64,000 bases of DNA from NCBI RefSeq assembly GCF_030028105.1, contig NC_092376.1, positions 35,016,935 to 35,080,934 on the forward strand, written 5' to 3'. Origin of the DNA: Mobula birostris. Its lineage: Eukaryota. A program made the position numbers and the translations under genes. Below the pieces are notes generated by a model. It saw only the letters and a list, made by a program, of their open reading frames with translations, ran no database searches and was not told where the DNA came from. Position 1 is the stretch's first letter. Each line of letters starts with the position of its first letter. Positions 25,415 to 38,093 of this stretch are shown piece after piece.

Positions 25415-25720
25415 GTGTTGCAGTTAGCATTATGCTATTACAGTGCCAGTTCATTTCCACTGCTGCCCCTAAGGAGTTTCTATGTTCTGGAGCAACATGG
25501 TAGCCTAGCGGTTTGTGTGTTACAAGCTGGCGACCTGGATTCAATTCCTCTGGCTGTAAGGAGTTTGTACCTTCATCCTATGATACATGGGTTTTCTCTG
25601 CGTGCTCTGGTTTCTTCTCACATTCCAAAAAAGTACTGGTTAGTATGTTAATTGGTCACTTGTGTAATCAGGTGGTGGGCTCACTGTGCCGAAAGGACCT
25701 GTTACCCTGTTGTATAACAA
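25415..25720 (+). mobile_element. V-SINE-like element(s), CpG-depleted
   Basis: tRNA-like head, GGAGTTTGTAC...TGGGTTTTCTC...GGTTTCTTCTCACATTCCAAA core and a CR1-like tail. Confidence 0.65.
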
Positions 25721-25999
25721 GAAAAGTGAATGCACATCGAGAGTTTGAGTTCCAAAATTAACATTGCATTTTCATTGTACATGCTGATGGTCTCAAGTAC
25801 CACTTTGGATTTAATTGATAGCATAAAATATAGCAAAGAAAGTTTAGATAATAGAAAGATTGTAGAGTTCTGAGTTGCAGAACAATCGAGGTATCCTTAA
25901 CCATGATTTTGAAAAAGCTAATGTACAAGTAATTAGGAAAATTGACAATATTGTTCACTGCTAAGAAACTGCATTTAAAAGTGGGGAGATTAGTCTTTA

Positions 26000-27200
26000 G
26001 TCATTGGGCAATCAAATAGTAAGTCCATATCTGGAATCTTGGATGTAGTATTGGTTATGTTTATTGAAGGAAGGACATTATTGCATGGTTTCCTGAATTA
26101 TAATGAAGGGGATTTTTCTCTTAGGAGTAAAGTTGGACAGGCTAGGTTTGTATCTGCTGGAGTTTGAGGGAGAGAAGTGATTGGAACAGATAAGATCATG
26201 ATGAATGTGGGAGAATCTTGAACTAAGGCTTCTGTTTGAACATTAAGTTACTCATATGAGACCAAGATGAAGCAATTTTTTTCTCTCTGATGATTCTAAG
26301 TCTTTGACCATTTTTCTCAAAGGGTGGTGAAATTTTAACACAAGTAAATGAAAGATAGGAATGTAGTTACAGTCAGATCAGCCACTATCTTATTTAATGG
26401 CAGAGCTGGCTAGAAGGGACATGTGTTCCACTGCATGGTTGTATTTTATTCATAGTCTATTTGTACAACAATGGAAAAGCTTTATAAAATACTAGCAAGA
26501 TTTCTAAGATGATGGCACTATCACAAGGAGAGATTGGATCAATTTGGTCTATATGTTGAAAAAAGTAACAAAAAATGATGGTATATTAATTATATAACAA
26601 TTGATTAGAATATCTGATAATCCAGCACCACCAAATTGCCAAACTTGCTGTATTATCAGTGATAAAACTAAATATAATAGGACACTGCAGTGTTGTAATT
26701 CTTTGATACATGTACAATATTAGGCGTAGGCAATGACTTAACCCTTCTAACCTACTCCACTATTAAACAAGATCATTGCTGACCTGACTGTATTTTTGCA
26801 TTTCCTTCCAGTCACAGCAACCATTCCTCTCTTGGTAATCAAATAGCAATCTACCTCTACTTTAAAGATATTCAAAGACTCTGCTGTCACCACCATTTGA
26901 AAAAGAGTTCTAAAGATTTTGTTGTATTTCAGCCTCATTTGTCTCTAATGGACAATTCTTTATTGAAGCAGAGTTATAGTTTTTCATACACATGAGGAAA
27001 CATCCTCTCCACATCCACCAAGTCTGGAACCCTTGTGATTTTGAACTGTTCAATCATCCCCCCTCACTCTTCTAAATTCCAGAAGATAGAAGCCTAGCCT
27101 GTCCAATCCTGCTCATAAGATGACTTGCCCATTCCAGTATCAGTCTCTACCAAAGCTCTGAATTGTTTCTAATACAATCATCCTTGAATGAGATCAATAA
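26000..27200. mobile_element. Old CR1 3' fragments (about 26000-26430 plus, about 26745-27200 minus)
   Basis: Degenerate similarity to CR1 3' ends, e.g. AESLNIFKVEVD. Boundaries approximate. Confidence 0.5.
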
Positions 27201-27422
27201 TGTAAACAGCACATGATACATTGCCTCGTATCCCTGAAGCATACCCTATTTTGTTCACATCTCTACAAATAAACATTATCTCACATGCTCTATTTTAGCT
27301 CTTTGCCACAAACTGTTATACCTTTGAAACCTATGCACTCTTCGTAATTGTCTACCTTTGTGTTTGCAGAAAATCTAGCAACCCCATCTTCCAACACACT
27401 TTAAATTGTGAAAATGAGGTAG

Positions 27423-30400
27423 TGTAGTGGTGTGCTACACACAGAGCTAGAAATAATGACACGCAGTCTGTAAGTTGCACTCGAGACTCGTTTATTCAAA
27501 CTTTGCGGCACTGGCTTTTAAGCGGTTCCCTTCCAGCCCTCCCCGGGTGGAAATGACGTCAGAGCTGCATTACAGAAGTCTCTCCCCACGTGGGCTATTT
27601 TGTGAGCCGGTTTGCTTGTGTAGAAAGTGGGTCGCCACATAATTCCCCCCCCCCCAAGAACCGGTGATACACCCCCAATGTCCACAGTCTGGATCAGTCT
27701 CTGTTTGGGCGGTCTGCCTCTGCGCTGCAGTGCCTGAACCTCGACCAGCTGCGCCAAGTCCACATGGGCCGGTTTGAGTCAGACCACCGTGAAAACCTCC
27801 TCTTTCCCCCCAATGTCCAGAACGTACGTGGACCCATTGTTACTGATCACCTTGAACAGCCCCTTGTACGGCCGCTGTAGTGGTGTCCGGCATGCACCCC
27901 TTCGTACAAATACAAACTTAAAGTTCTGCAAGTCTTTGAGTACGCAGGTCGGGATCTGTCTGTGCTGTGAAGTCGGTACGGGGGCCAGGTTGCCAAGCCC
28001 TTCACGTAGTCTGTCCAGGACTGCTGCGGGTTCTTCCTCTTGCCCCCTTGAGGCTGGTATGAACTCTCCTGGGACAACCGGGGTGTGCCGTACACCAGCT
28101 TGGCCAACGAGGTGTGCAGATCCTCTTTGGGTGCTGTGCGGATTCCAAGCAGGACCCAGGGAAGCTCGTCCACCCAGTTAGGCCCTTTCAGGCGGGCCAT
28201 GAGAGCCAACTTTAAGTAACAGTGGAAGCGTTCCATGAGTCCGTTCGACTATGGGTGGTAGGCAGTTGTGTGGTGTAATTGTGTTCCCAACAGGCTGGCC
28301 ACAGCCGACCACAGGCTGGAGGTGAACTAGACGCCTCTGTTGGAGGTAATGTGGGCGGGTATCCCAAAGCGTGCTACCCAGGTTGCAATCAGCGCTTGGG
28401 CGCAGGAATCGGTGGTGGTGTCGTTGAGCGGGACCGCCTCTGGCCATCTCGTGAACCGGTCTATCACAGTTAGGAGGTACCGCGCTCCTCATGACACCGG
28501 CAGGGGCCCCACGATATCCACATGAATGTGGTCGAACCTCCGGCAGGTGGGTTCGAACTGCTGCGGTGGGGCTTTGGTGTGCTGCTGCACCTTGGCTGTT
28601 TGGCACTGAGTGCATGTTTTGGCCCATTCGCTGACCTGTTTGCAAAGTCCGTGCCACATGAACTTGCTGGAGACCATCTGGACGGTTGTCCTGATGGGTG
28701 CACCAAGCCGTGTATGGAGTTGAAAACTCGCTGCTGCCGGGACGGTGGGGCGGGGTTGGCCGGTAGCCACGTCACACAGGAGGGTCCCCTCACCTGGGCC
28801 TATGAGGAAGTTTTGCAGCTGCAAACCCGAGACTGTAGTCCTGTAGCTGGGCATCTCGTCGTCTGCCTGCTGTGCCTCCGCCAGTGCTGCATAGTCCACC
28901 CCCTGGGACAGCACCTGGATAGCTGGTCTGGAGAGTGCGTCCGCCACAACGTTGTCCTTTCCCGAGACATGCTGGATGTCCGTCATGTACTCGGGAGATG
29001 TAGGACAGATGTCGCTGCTGGCAGGTCAACCAGGGATCGGACACCTTTGTGAACGCGAAGGTCAACGGTTTGTGGTCCATGAACACGGTGAACGGCCTGC
29101 CTTCTAAGTAGTACCTGAGATGCTGGATTGCCAGATATAGTGCCAACAGCTCCCGGTCGAAGGCACTGTACTTGAGTTCGGGTGGCCATAGGTACCTGCT
29201 GAAGAACACCAGGGGTTGCCAGCACCCCTCGATGAGTTGCTCCAGCACCCCACCGACTGCTGTGTTGAATGCATCCACTGTGAGGGCGGTTGGAACGTCC
29301 GTTCTGGGGTGCACTAGCCTCGAGGCGTCTGCCAAGGCTTCCTTGGCTTTAACGAAAGCAGCCACAGCCTCTTCGTCCCAAGTAATGTCCTTGCCTTTAC
29401 CCGACATCAGGGTGAACAAAGGGTGCATGATACAGGCTGCTGAGGAGGGGAAGTGGTGGCAGAAGTTCACCATACCAACGCACTGTGTTGGGCCAGGCGA
29501 AGTGGTGGATCGCATCTACCTTGGCGGGCAGAGCTGTTGCCCTGTCTTTGGTAATCCTGTGGCCCAGGAAGTCGATGGTGTCGAGTCTGAACTGACAAAG
29601 TGAATAGGAATAAGGAACCTTGGTTCTCAAGGGATATTGCAACTCTGATAAAGAAGAAGAGGGAGTTGTATAACATGTATAGGAAACAGGGAGCAAATAA
29701 GGTGCTTGAGGAGTATAAGAAGTGCAAGAAAATACTTAAGAAAGAACTCAGGAGGGCTAAAAGAAGACATGAGGTTGCCTTGGTAGTCAAAGTGAAGGAT
29801 AATCCAAAGAGCTTTTACAGGTATATTAAGAGCAAAAGGATTGTAAGGGATAAAATTGGTCCTCTTGAAGATCAGAGTGGTCGGCTATGTGCGGAACCAA
29901 AGGAAATGGGGGAGATCTTAAATAGGTTTTTTGCATCTGTATTTACTAAGGAAACTGGCATGAAGTCTATGGAATTAAGGGAAACAAGTAGTGAGATCAT
30001 GGAAACTGTAGAGATTGAAAAGGAGGAGATGCTTGCTGCCTTGAGGAAAATTAAAGTGGATAAATCCCCAGGACCTGACAGGGTGTTCCCTCGGACCTTG
30101 AAGGAGACTAGTGTTGAAATTGCAGGGGCCCTGGCAGAAATATTTAAAATGTCGCTGTCTACAGGTGAGGTGCCGGAGGATCGGAGAGTGGTTCATGTTG
30201 TTCCGTTGTTTAAAAAAGGATCGAAAAGTAATCCGGGAAATTATAGGCCGGTAAGTTTAACGTCAGTAGTAGGTAAGTTATTGGAGGGAGTACTAAGAGA
30301 CAGAATCTACAAGCATTTGGATAGACAGGGACTTATTAGGGAGAGTCAACATGGCTTTGTGCGTGGTAGGTCATGTTTGACTAATCTACTGGAGTTTTTC

Positions 30401-32742
30401 GAGGAGGTTACCAGGAAAGTGGATGAAGGGAAGGCAGTGGATTTGTCTACATGGACTTCAGTAAGGCCTTTGACAAGGTCCCGCATGGGAGATTAGTTAG
30501 GAAAATTCAGTGGCTAGGTATACATGGAGAGGTGGTACATTGGATTAGACATTGGCTCAATGGAAGAAGCCAAAGAGTGGTAGTAGAGAATTGCTTCTCA
30601 GAGTGGTGACCTATGACTAGTGGTGTGCCACAGGGATCAGTGCTGGGTCCATTGTTATTTGTCATCTATATCAATGATCTGGATAATAATGTGGTAAATT
30701 GGATCAGCAAATTTGCTGATGATACAAAGATTGGAGGTGTAGTAGACAGTGAGGAAGGTTTTCAGAGCCTGCAGAGGGACTTGGACCAGCTGGAAAAATG
30801 GGCTGAAAAATGACAGATGGAGTTTAATACAGACAAGTGTGAGGTATTGCATGTTGGAAGGACAAACCAAGGTAGAACATACAGGGTTAATGGTAAGGCA
30901 CTGAGGAGTGCAGTAGAACAGAGGGATCTGGGAATACAGATACAAAATTCCCTAAAAGTGGCGTCACAGGTAGCTAGGGTCATAAAGAGAGCTTTTGGTA
31001 CATTGGACTTTATTAATCAAAGTATTGAGTATAAGAGCTGGAATGTTATGATGAGGTTGTATAAGGCATTGGTGAGGCCGAATCTGGAGTATTGTGTTCA
31101 GTTTTGGTCACCAAATCACAGGAAGGATATTAATAAGGTTGAAAGAGTGCAGAGAAGGTTTACAAGGATGTTGCCGCGACTTGAGAAACTCAGTTACAGA
31201 GAAAAGTTGAATAGGTTAGGACTTTATTCCCTGGAGCGTAGAAGAATGAGGGGAGATTTGATAGAGGTATATAAAATTATGATGGGTATAGATAGAGTGA
31301 ATGCAAGCAGGCTTTTTCCACTGAGGCAAGGGGAGGAAAAAACCAGAGGACATGGGTTAAGGGTGAGGGGGGAAAAGTTTAAAGGGAATATTGGGGGGGG
31401 GGCTTCTTCACACAGAGAGTGGTGGGAGTACGGAATGAGCTGCCAGACGAGGTGGTAACTGCGGGTTCTTTTTTAACATTTAAGAATAAATTGGACAGAT
31501 ACATGGATGGGAGGTGTCTGGAGGGATATGGTCCGTGTGCAGGTCAGTGGGACTAGGCAGAAAATGGTTCGGCACAGCCAAGAAGGGCCATAAGGCCTGT
31601 TTCTGTGCTGTAGTTTTTCTATGGTTTCTATTTGGCCAGGTTGATCATGAGGCCGAAATCACTCACGCGGGAGTAGAGCTGGCAGACATGGGACTGACGC
31701 TCCTGACGACTACTGCTGGCTATGAGGATGTCGTCCAAATAGATGAGCGCAAAGTCCAGGTCGCGTCCCACCGCATCCATTAGTCGCTGGAACGTCTGTG
31801 CGGCATTCTTCAGGCCGAACGGCATTCGGAGGAATTCGAACAGGCCGAACGGGGTGATGAGTGCTGTTTTGGGGAAGTCTTCAGGGTGTGCCGGGATTTG
31901 ATGCTACCCACGGACGAGGTCTACTTTGGAAAAGATATTTGCCCCATGCAGGTTTGCTGCAAAGTCCTGTGTGTGCGGCGTGGGGTAGTGGTCTGGAGCT
32001 CTCCCTCTTGGCTTCCCACAGCACGTCCGCCCGGGACGCCACCTTCCGGGGGTCACTGAAATCTGCGTCGGCCAGCAGCAGATGTATGTCCTCGGGCAGT
32101 TGCTCTAGGAATGCCTGCTCAAACAGGCAGGGCTTGTGTCCTTCAGCCAAGGCCAGCATCTCGTTCATTAATGCTGACAGCGGCCTGTCGCCCAAACTAT
32201 CCAGGTGCAGCAAGCGGGCACCACGCTTATGCCGTGAGAGGCCAAAGGTTTCTTAGAGCAGAGCTTTGAATGCTGCATATTTGCCTTCTTCGGGGGGTGA
32301 CTGTATGAAATCCCCAACCCGTGCGCTTGTCTCCTGGTCAAAGGAGCTCACCATGTAATAGTAACGTGCGGAATCCGAAGATATCTGCCGAATCTGGAAC
32401 TGGGCTTCTGCTTGCTCAAACCACACGCGTGGTCGCAGCGTCCAGAAAGTTGGCAGTTTTAGCGAAACTGCGTGAACAGATCATCTTTGGTCCAAATCCT
32501 GTTTGGACCATCGGGGTCACCCGTGCAGCGATGTGCTACACACAGAGCTAGAAATAACGACACGCAATCTGTAAGTCACTCTCGAGACTCGTTTATTCAA
32601 ACTTCGTGGCACTGGCTTTTAAGCAGTTCCCTTCCAGCCCTCTCCCGGCGGAAATGACGTCAGAGGTGCATTACAAAAGTCTCTCCCCGCACGCAGGCTA
32701 TTTTGTGAGCCGGTTCGCTTGTGTAGAAAGTGGGTCGCCACA
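27423..32742 (-). mobile_element. Ty3/Gypsy LTR retrotransposon (CsRN1-like), defective
   Basis: TG..CA LTRs at 27423-27639 and 32524-32742. GTAG TSD. tRNA-Trp-like PBS (GGTGACCCCGA) at about 32511-32523. Polypurine tract next to 27640. gag (VSLKLPTFW), RT (MPFGLKNAAQTFQR..YLDD), RNase H (YSAFDRELLA) and integrase (HIHVDIVGPLP) all frameshifted. Confidence 0.95.
29598..31630 (+). mobile_element. Young 5'-truncated CR1 LINE nested in the Gypsy RT
   Basis: Long, nearly intact ORF2 segments (298, 66 and 213 aa). TTCTATGGTTTCTA tail. The Gypsy RT sequence is contiguous across the insertion. Confidence 0.95.
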
Positions 32743-33379
32743 GTAGGCCCCAGCAGTTATCCCTATTTCACATCGCTGATTATTATCTTACCATAAGTTC
32801 ATCTGCCTGATGGGCAGAATGTACATTTATGCATTTATCTTTATACATTTACATGAGATACATTTATTCATTTTCAGTTTGAATGCTGACAACACAAGAA
32901 GCAGACTTCCACCTAGAAGTAGCTACTTCTAGTCTAGGTTGTTGATGATAATTAATGACAAAAAATCCTTCAAAATATCACATTTTATTAATGCCACTGC
33001 TCTTGCATTACAAAGTGTTGCATCTTACCCAATTTAGCCATGTTTATCTGCAAATACAATGGACAAATAAGCCTTGTAATAGGCAATTGATACAGAAAGC
33101 TTACAATATTATATTTAGGAAAGATGCATCAAAACCCATGTCCAATAGTTATTCTAACATGAAGTTTTTACTTTGTACTACTGAACTGTTTAAACTATTA
33201 TTTTCTTTATTATTTCATTTTCATGTGGAATTCATTCCAAGGATGACAGTTTTCCCTTCTGTATTTCACCTAGGCACACATCTCCTAACCTGAAGACCAT
33301 GCCTATTCAGCAAGTGATCAATAGAAACATCAAAGGTCAGTCCAGATCCTGTCATCATTTTCAATTAAAGCACATTACT

Positions 33380-33620
33380 TTAATTGAACCCTAACACCCA
33401 GAAGACCAAGGAGATCATTGTGGACTTCAGGCATGCTAGGAGCCACACTCACGTCCCCATCTACATCAACAGAGCTGTAGTAGAGCATGTATTCAAATTC
33501 CTTGGTGTCCACATTTCCCAGGACCTTACCTGGTCCCTGAACTCCTCCATCCGGATCAAAAAGGCGCAACAGCACCTTTATTTCCTGCAGAGCATCAAGA
33601 AAGCTTACCTCTGTCCTGAC
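33380..33620 (+). mobile_element. Rex1/Babar-like LINE fragment
   Basis: KTKEIIVDFR...FKFLGVHISQDLTWS...KKAQQHLYFL. Confidence 0.75.
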
Positions 33621-35871
33621 AGACTTTTCAGGAGAAAAATAAAACAGATCCAACTGTCTGAGTCATTAATTATCAGCAACATCCTAGCGTATAAGTAATT
33701 GTAATTAGAAAGGAAGTCTGCTTGTTGATTTGGGTTGCAAGCACTCATATAGAACAAACTTACCTCACACTGGAATTTTAAACTTAAAGTGTATGAGCCC
33801 ATTTTTAAAAAAATTATTAATAATAATTTTATTGTAGGATTTATTTGATTTCTTGAATTTAAATATCCATGTAACTGGATGACATATCCAGAGTTATAGA
33901 TACTATTAACACTGAAATCTGAAGGGCAGAGTCCTGATTTGAGAATGTTAATCAAGATACAGTACCTGTATACTTTGAACTTTTGCTACACTCAAGTTTC
34001 TTTATAGTTCATTATAAGTTTCTCAAGAATGATGTGGAGCCAGATGTTAATATTAAACATTTAAGTGTACAGAATTGTAGATTAGCATGAAAATATGTCA
34101 CAGTAGTTCTATTATCTCTTCAAATATGATAAGTTCACAAATTCATGAATAATAGACCATAATTTCATTTTTAGTCATATCACTTGCAGAGTCTAAATCC
34201 TCCAATTTCATTACAATATTTACCGTTATTCAAAACCTATCTCCACCTATCTCTGATTTAAAATGGAAATTAGGATCTATTTAAAAGAAATGTTTCTTTT
34301 TCCCCTCAGCTGTGCCTTTTGCTGCAATGAAATCTCAGGTACAGCTCAGCTGATAACACGCGTTTCCAAGTCAGAGAGCATAGATCCAAATTTCACTCTG
34401 GAGAACCAACCTTAAGACTCAGGAATGACATTCCAAAAAAAGGTGTTGAATTGTCAGAAATTCCACCTTTCAAATCAGAAGCAAATTAAGCCCCCTGCCA
34501 CTCAATCAATCTCTCAGGAAGGCATAAATGATCATGGAACTATCTTTAATAACCTATTCTACCTATTCTTCAGTTTTCCAGCTCTTGTCAATCATGGCTC
34601 TTTCACACTGCAATCCTTTCTATGCCTCAAATGCAGTGAAGCACTTGGTATGTGAAAGGGATGATTGCATCTAAACTACAAACCACACAACATGTTAACT
34701 TCCCTTTCTTCCCTGCCACAACACCCCCATCACAGGCAAGATTATTCTAAACACTGGTTAACATATGGTATTCCAATCCCCTACAAATATAAAATTGAAC
34801 ACCAGTACAAAATGCAGTTTAGTATTTATCAGAATTAAAATTGTCTTAAATTTCATGGAAACAGCGCAAATGGCATCACCTGCATTTGATTTTTTTGTTC
34901 TATTATAAGATCAATTCTAATCCAATATTCATTGGAATACTGAAGTATTTCAAATTCCAAATGAACTTTTGAAAAATTGAAATATTTTCATTGTGATTCA
35001 GTATTTACATATTACTTTGGCAGTTACTTGAAATGGAAGATGCAGGCTTGACTTGAGAGAGTTGAAGCTCCCATAAATGAATCAGAGAACAAGTATACCA
35101 GATGAAGCAAAGGTGTGAAAGTGCAGCTGCAGTTAGTATCCTTGTACTGGGTAGAGTTGCATTATGTAAACTGAGATCGTTTTCCACCTCGAATTCTATC
35201 CAGGGACCAGTTTAATCCTACGCATAAAAAGTGGTCATGTCATGTTTGGGTTTACTGATGAAAATCATGGTTTCTCTTATCTGTGAGATTGAGATGAGTG
35301 ATATGCAGAATTACAAAAGAGAAAATAGTATCATCCAGAAAAACTTGTCATATTTACTTTAATGAATCAGAGACCTAATATGCCCAAACTAAACACTCAG
35401 AGAATCAATGATATTTCTGCAAATTTATATGCTGTAGATAGATCAACTATTGTTTATAATCATAATGGAAAACTAAGTTTATTTCTTCAAAAGGGACAAG
35501 CACCAGAAAAGATTACAAAGTCATGATTTATTTAAAGGCAGTATTTTACAATATGGTTAAAAAAAGATTTAACACATCTACAAATAAATTTCAATTTTTC
35601 TCAACAGCATATAGCATTGAAGTTTTACAATTTAAAACAGTAATATACATAGCTACAAATTCAACTTTTTTTAAAATCACATCTAATTTCACATTTAATG
35701 CCATGCTTGAAGTATGGGAAAAACATGATCATATCTCTACAACTGTGTGATCTATATTGATTTCTTGCTTACCATGTTAAAAGGCTGTTGCATGAAAGCA
35801 GAAACTAAATTTTCCAAAGATGTCAAACCTAAACTAAGCCAAATTTCATAACTATTTTAAAAACAGGATCC

Positions 35872-36012
35872 ATGATAGTCCTAATGAAGGGTCTTGGCCC
35901 AAAATGTCACTGTTTATTCCTTTCCATAGATGCTGCCTGAGCTGCTGAGTTCCAACAGCATTTTGTAAGTGTTACTCTGCATTTCCAGCATCTGCAAAAT
36001 CTCTTGTGCTTT
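35872..36012 (+). mobile_element. Decayed Penelope pLTR end with mutated hammerhead, downstream of the RFXAP stop
   Basis: AGTCCTAATGAAGGGTCTTGGCCCAAAATGTC...GATGCTGCCTGA...TTTCCAGCATCTGCA. Confidence 0.75.
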
Positions 36013-36555
36013 TAGAAAAGGGGATCCTTTATTGCATGAAAACAATCTTAGTCTCTTCAATTTAAGATAATGTATTTTTTTTAAAAAAGGTCCCCCTTTA
36101 TCAGTTGATCTTGAGATATCTTTCAGCACAACAATTAATATTTAGAATAAAACATGATATCAGTGCAAGGTTAAGGGAACTTTCTTTTTAACTGCAGTGA
36201 ATCTGAATCTAACCTAGAAATGCTCACCATTGACGCAGGGTCCTGCCACAGAGAATTATTCCATTTTCCTATTACAATTCCTGCTGACAAGACCACAGCG
36301 TTCACTAGGAAAGGGGTATTGGTGAAAACGCAAATTAACCAAATTTTGAATTGGATATAGTGCTTTAAGCTAAACATTATGGTGTAGCAGCTAATTCCCT
36401 TGTCATTTTTTTAAAAAAAGAAAGTGCATGAGATTGTTTATACAGTTGCTCTGTTGTTCTGGAAATGCAGAAGCTCTGCAAAATGCCAAACATGCTCTAT
36501 TCCTACCTTCCATTATTTAAACTTTTATCACTTGATTTGTTTTGTAAAGTAAGCA

Positions 36556-36663
36556 TCACATGGGTTGTTCTTGAAACTGCTGCCTTTGGGCAAGGGCTTG
36601 GTTACTCAGTAATCGTTGCTGTTCTTGTAGAAACTGGATAACTTCTGGACTTCTCAATAATGA
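36556..36663 (-). CDS. RFXAP: RFXAP exon 3 (terminal coding)
   Basis: TAG acceptor. SLLRSPEVIQFLQEQQRLLSNQALAQRQQFQEQPM*, the conserved Gln-rich C-terminus. Confidence 0.95.
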   Translation of the reverse strand, partial: SLLRSPEVIQFLQEQQRLLSNQALAQRQQFQEQPM

Positions 36664-36870
36664 CTAAAATTAAAATTAATAGTATTAAAGACTTCCACTA
36701 AAAAGTCATAATAGAATTTGTTCCACATTTACATTCTATGCACCCCTGGCAAACACAGGCATGCAGGAAGCAATATTGCAACTTAAAATTGAGACGTAGC
36801 GACAGTTCAGATATTAGTTGCAAGTGCATACATGCATGAGTGAAATTCAGTCAGTTACTGGAAGACTCAC

Positions 36871-36987
36871 CAATCTCTTTTGATTTAAAACCTGCTCAAG
36901 AAGACTTGCTTTACGACTTGCTTGATGCACAATCATACAGCTTAGACGCTGTTTGGCAACAGAAGCAGGTCTTTCATCTGTGTCATC
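36871..36987 (-). CDS. RFXAP: RFXAP exon 2
   Basis: CAG|...|GTGAGT, 117 nt. DDTDERPASVAKQRLSCMIVHQASRKASLLEQVLNQKRL. Confidence 0.93.
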
Positions 36988-37034
36988 CTGTGGAACAAAG
37001 AGAAGCAAATAAAACCATACCCCGAAAAAAAACA

Positions 37035-37680
37035 CAGAACAGAACAGCACAGGGCCTTCACCCCATTCAACAAGTTTGTACCAAACCTGATGCCAAATTA
37101 ATGTATTACCATCTGCCTACACGTGATCTACATCTTTCCATCCCCTTCCTGCTCATGTGCCTGCCTAAACATCTCATTAGTGTTGTTATCACATCTGCTT
37201 CCACTACCACCACCCAATAGCACGTTCCAGGCGCTTTCCACTGTGTGAAGCAACTGCCTTACAGATCTCTTTTAGACATTCCCTGTTCCCACCTTAAACC
37301 TATGCCCTCTTGAATTAAGCATTTCCATCCTGGGAAAAAAAAACACCCATCTACTCTATCTGTGCCCCTTATGATTTTATATACTTCTCTCGAATTACTA
37401 CACAGCTTCTGATGCTCCAGAGTACAAAATTACACATTTGTCTAAACTCAGCTTAAAGCAAAACACCCTAATCCAGCTGAACCTCTTATGCAACCTCTCA
37501 AACCTTCCTGTGATGCTGTGACCAGAACTCCAAATGTGCCCTAACCAAATTTTTTATGGAGCTGCAGCACAACTTACTAACTGTTATACTCAATGAGGCT
37601 AAGTATGCCATCTTTATTAATCTATGGCAACGAATAATTAGAGGACACACAAAGATCCTTCTGTACATCAAGAGCATGGT
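37035..37680 (-). mobile_element. Old CR1 3' fragment in RFXAP intron 1
   Basis: LVRAHLEFWSQHHRK and a CR1-like 3' end. Confidence 0.65.
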
Positions 37681-37744
37681 GTTATTTTTGCAGTAATGTT
37701 TGGTCATGATGTAATTCAGCTGAAACACAAATTTGCATTTAAGT

Positions 37745-37936
37745 AACACACATAAAAGTTGCTGGTGAACGCAGCAGGCCAGGCAGCATCTCTAGGAAGA
37801 GGTTCTGTCCTGACGAAGGGTCTCAGCCTGAAACGTCGACTGCACCTCTTCCTAGAGATGCTGCCCGGCCTGCTGCGTTCACCAGCAACTTTTATGTGTG
37901 TTGCTTGAATTTGCAGCATCTGCAGAATTCCTGTTG
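37745..37936 (+). mobile_element. Miniature fold-back Penelope derivative: ~58-bp inverted arms around a hammerhead motif
   Basis: 13-bp TSD TTTGCATTTAAGT at 37732-37744 and 37937-37949. Arms at about 37745-37803 and 37844-37901. Loop contains GTC CTGACGA AGGGTCTCAGCCT GAAAC GTC GAC. Confidence 0.9.
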
Positions 37937-38093
37937 TTTGCATTTAAGTTCTGTTTGTTGCATAAACAAAATATTGATTTACAAATGATGCTCTAGAATT
38001 ACAAGTTATAAAAGCAATTTGACTCAAACAGTGGCATAGAACGCACTGTGACAGTACAAAACAGTTGGATAACATTTCTGGCTCAAATATTTA

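Noticed and set aside
29600-31458. Long ORFs (298 and 213 aa) as host genes
   Set aside because: CR1 ORF2 reverse transcriptase fragments.
35000-35290. Unique-looking sequence checked as a possible SMAD9 remnant or extra exon
   Set aside because: No recognisable MH1 or MH2 similarity in the frames read. It could be RFXAP downstream or UTR sequence.
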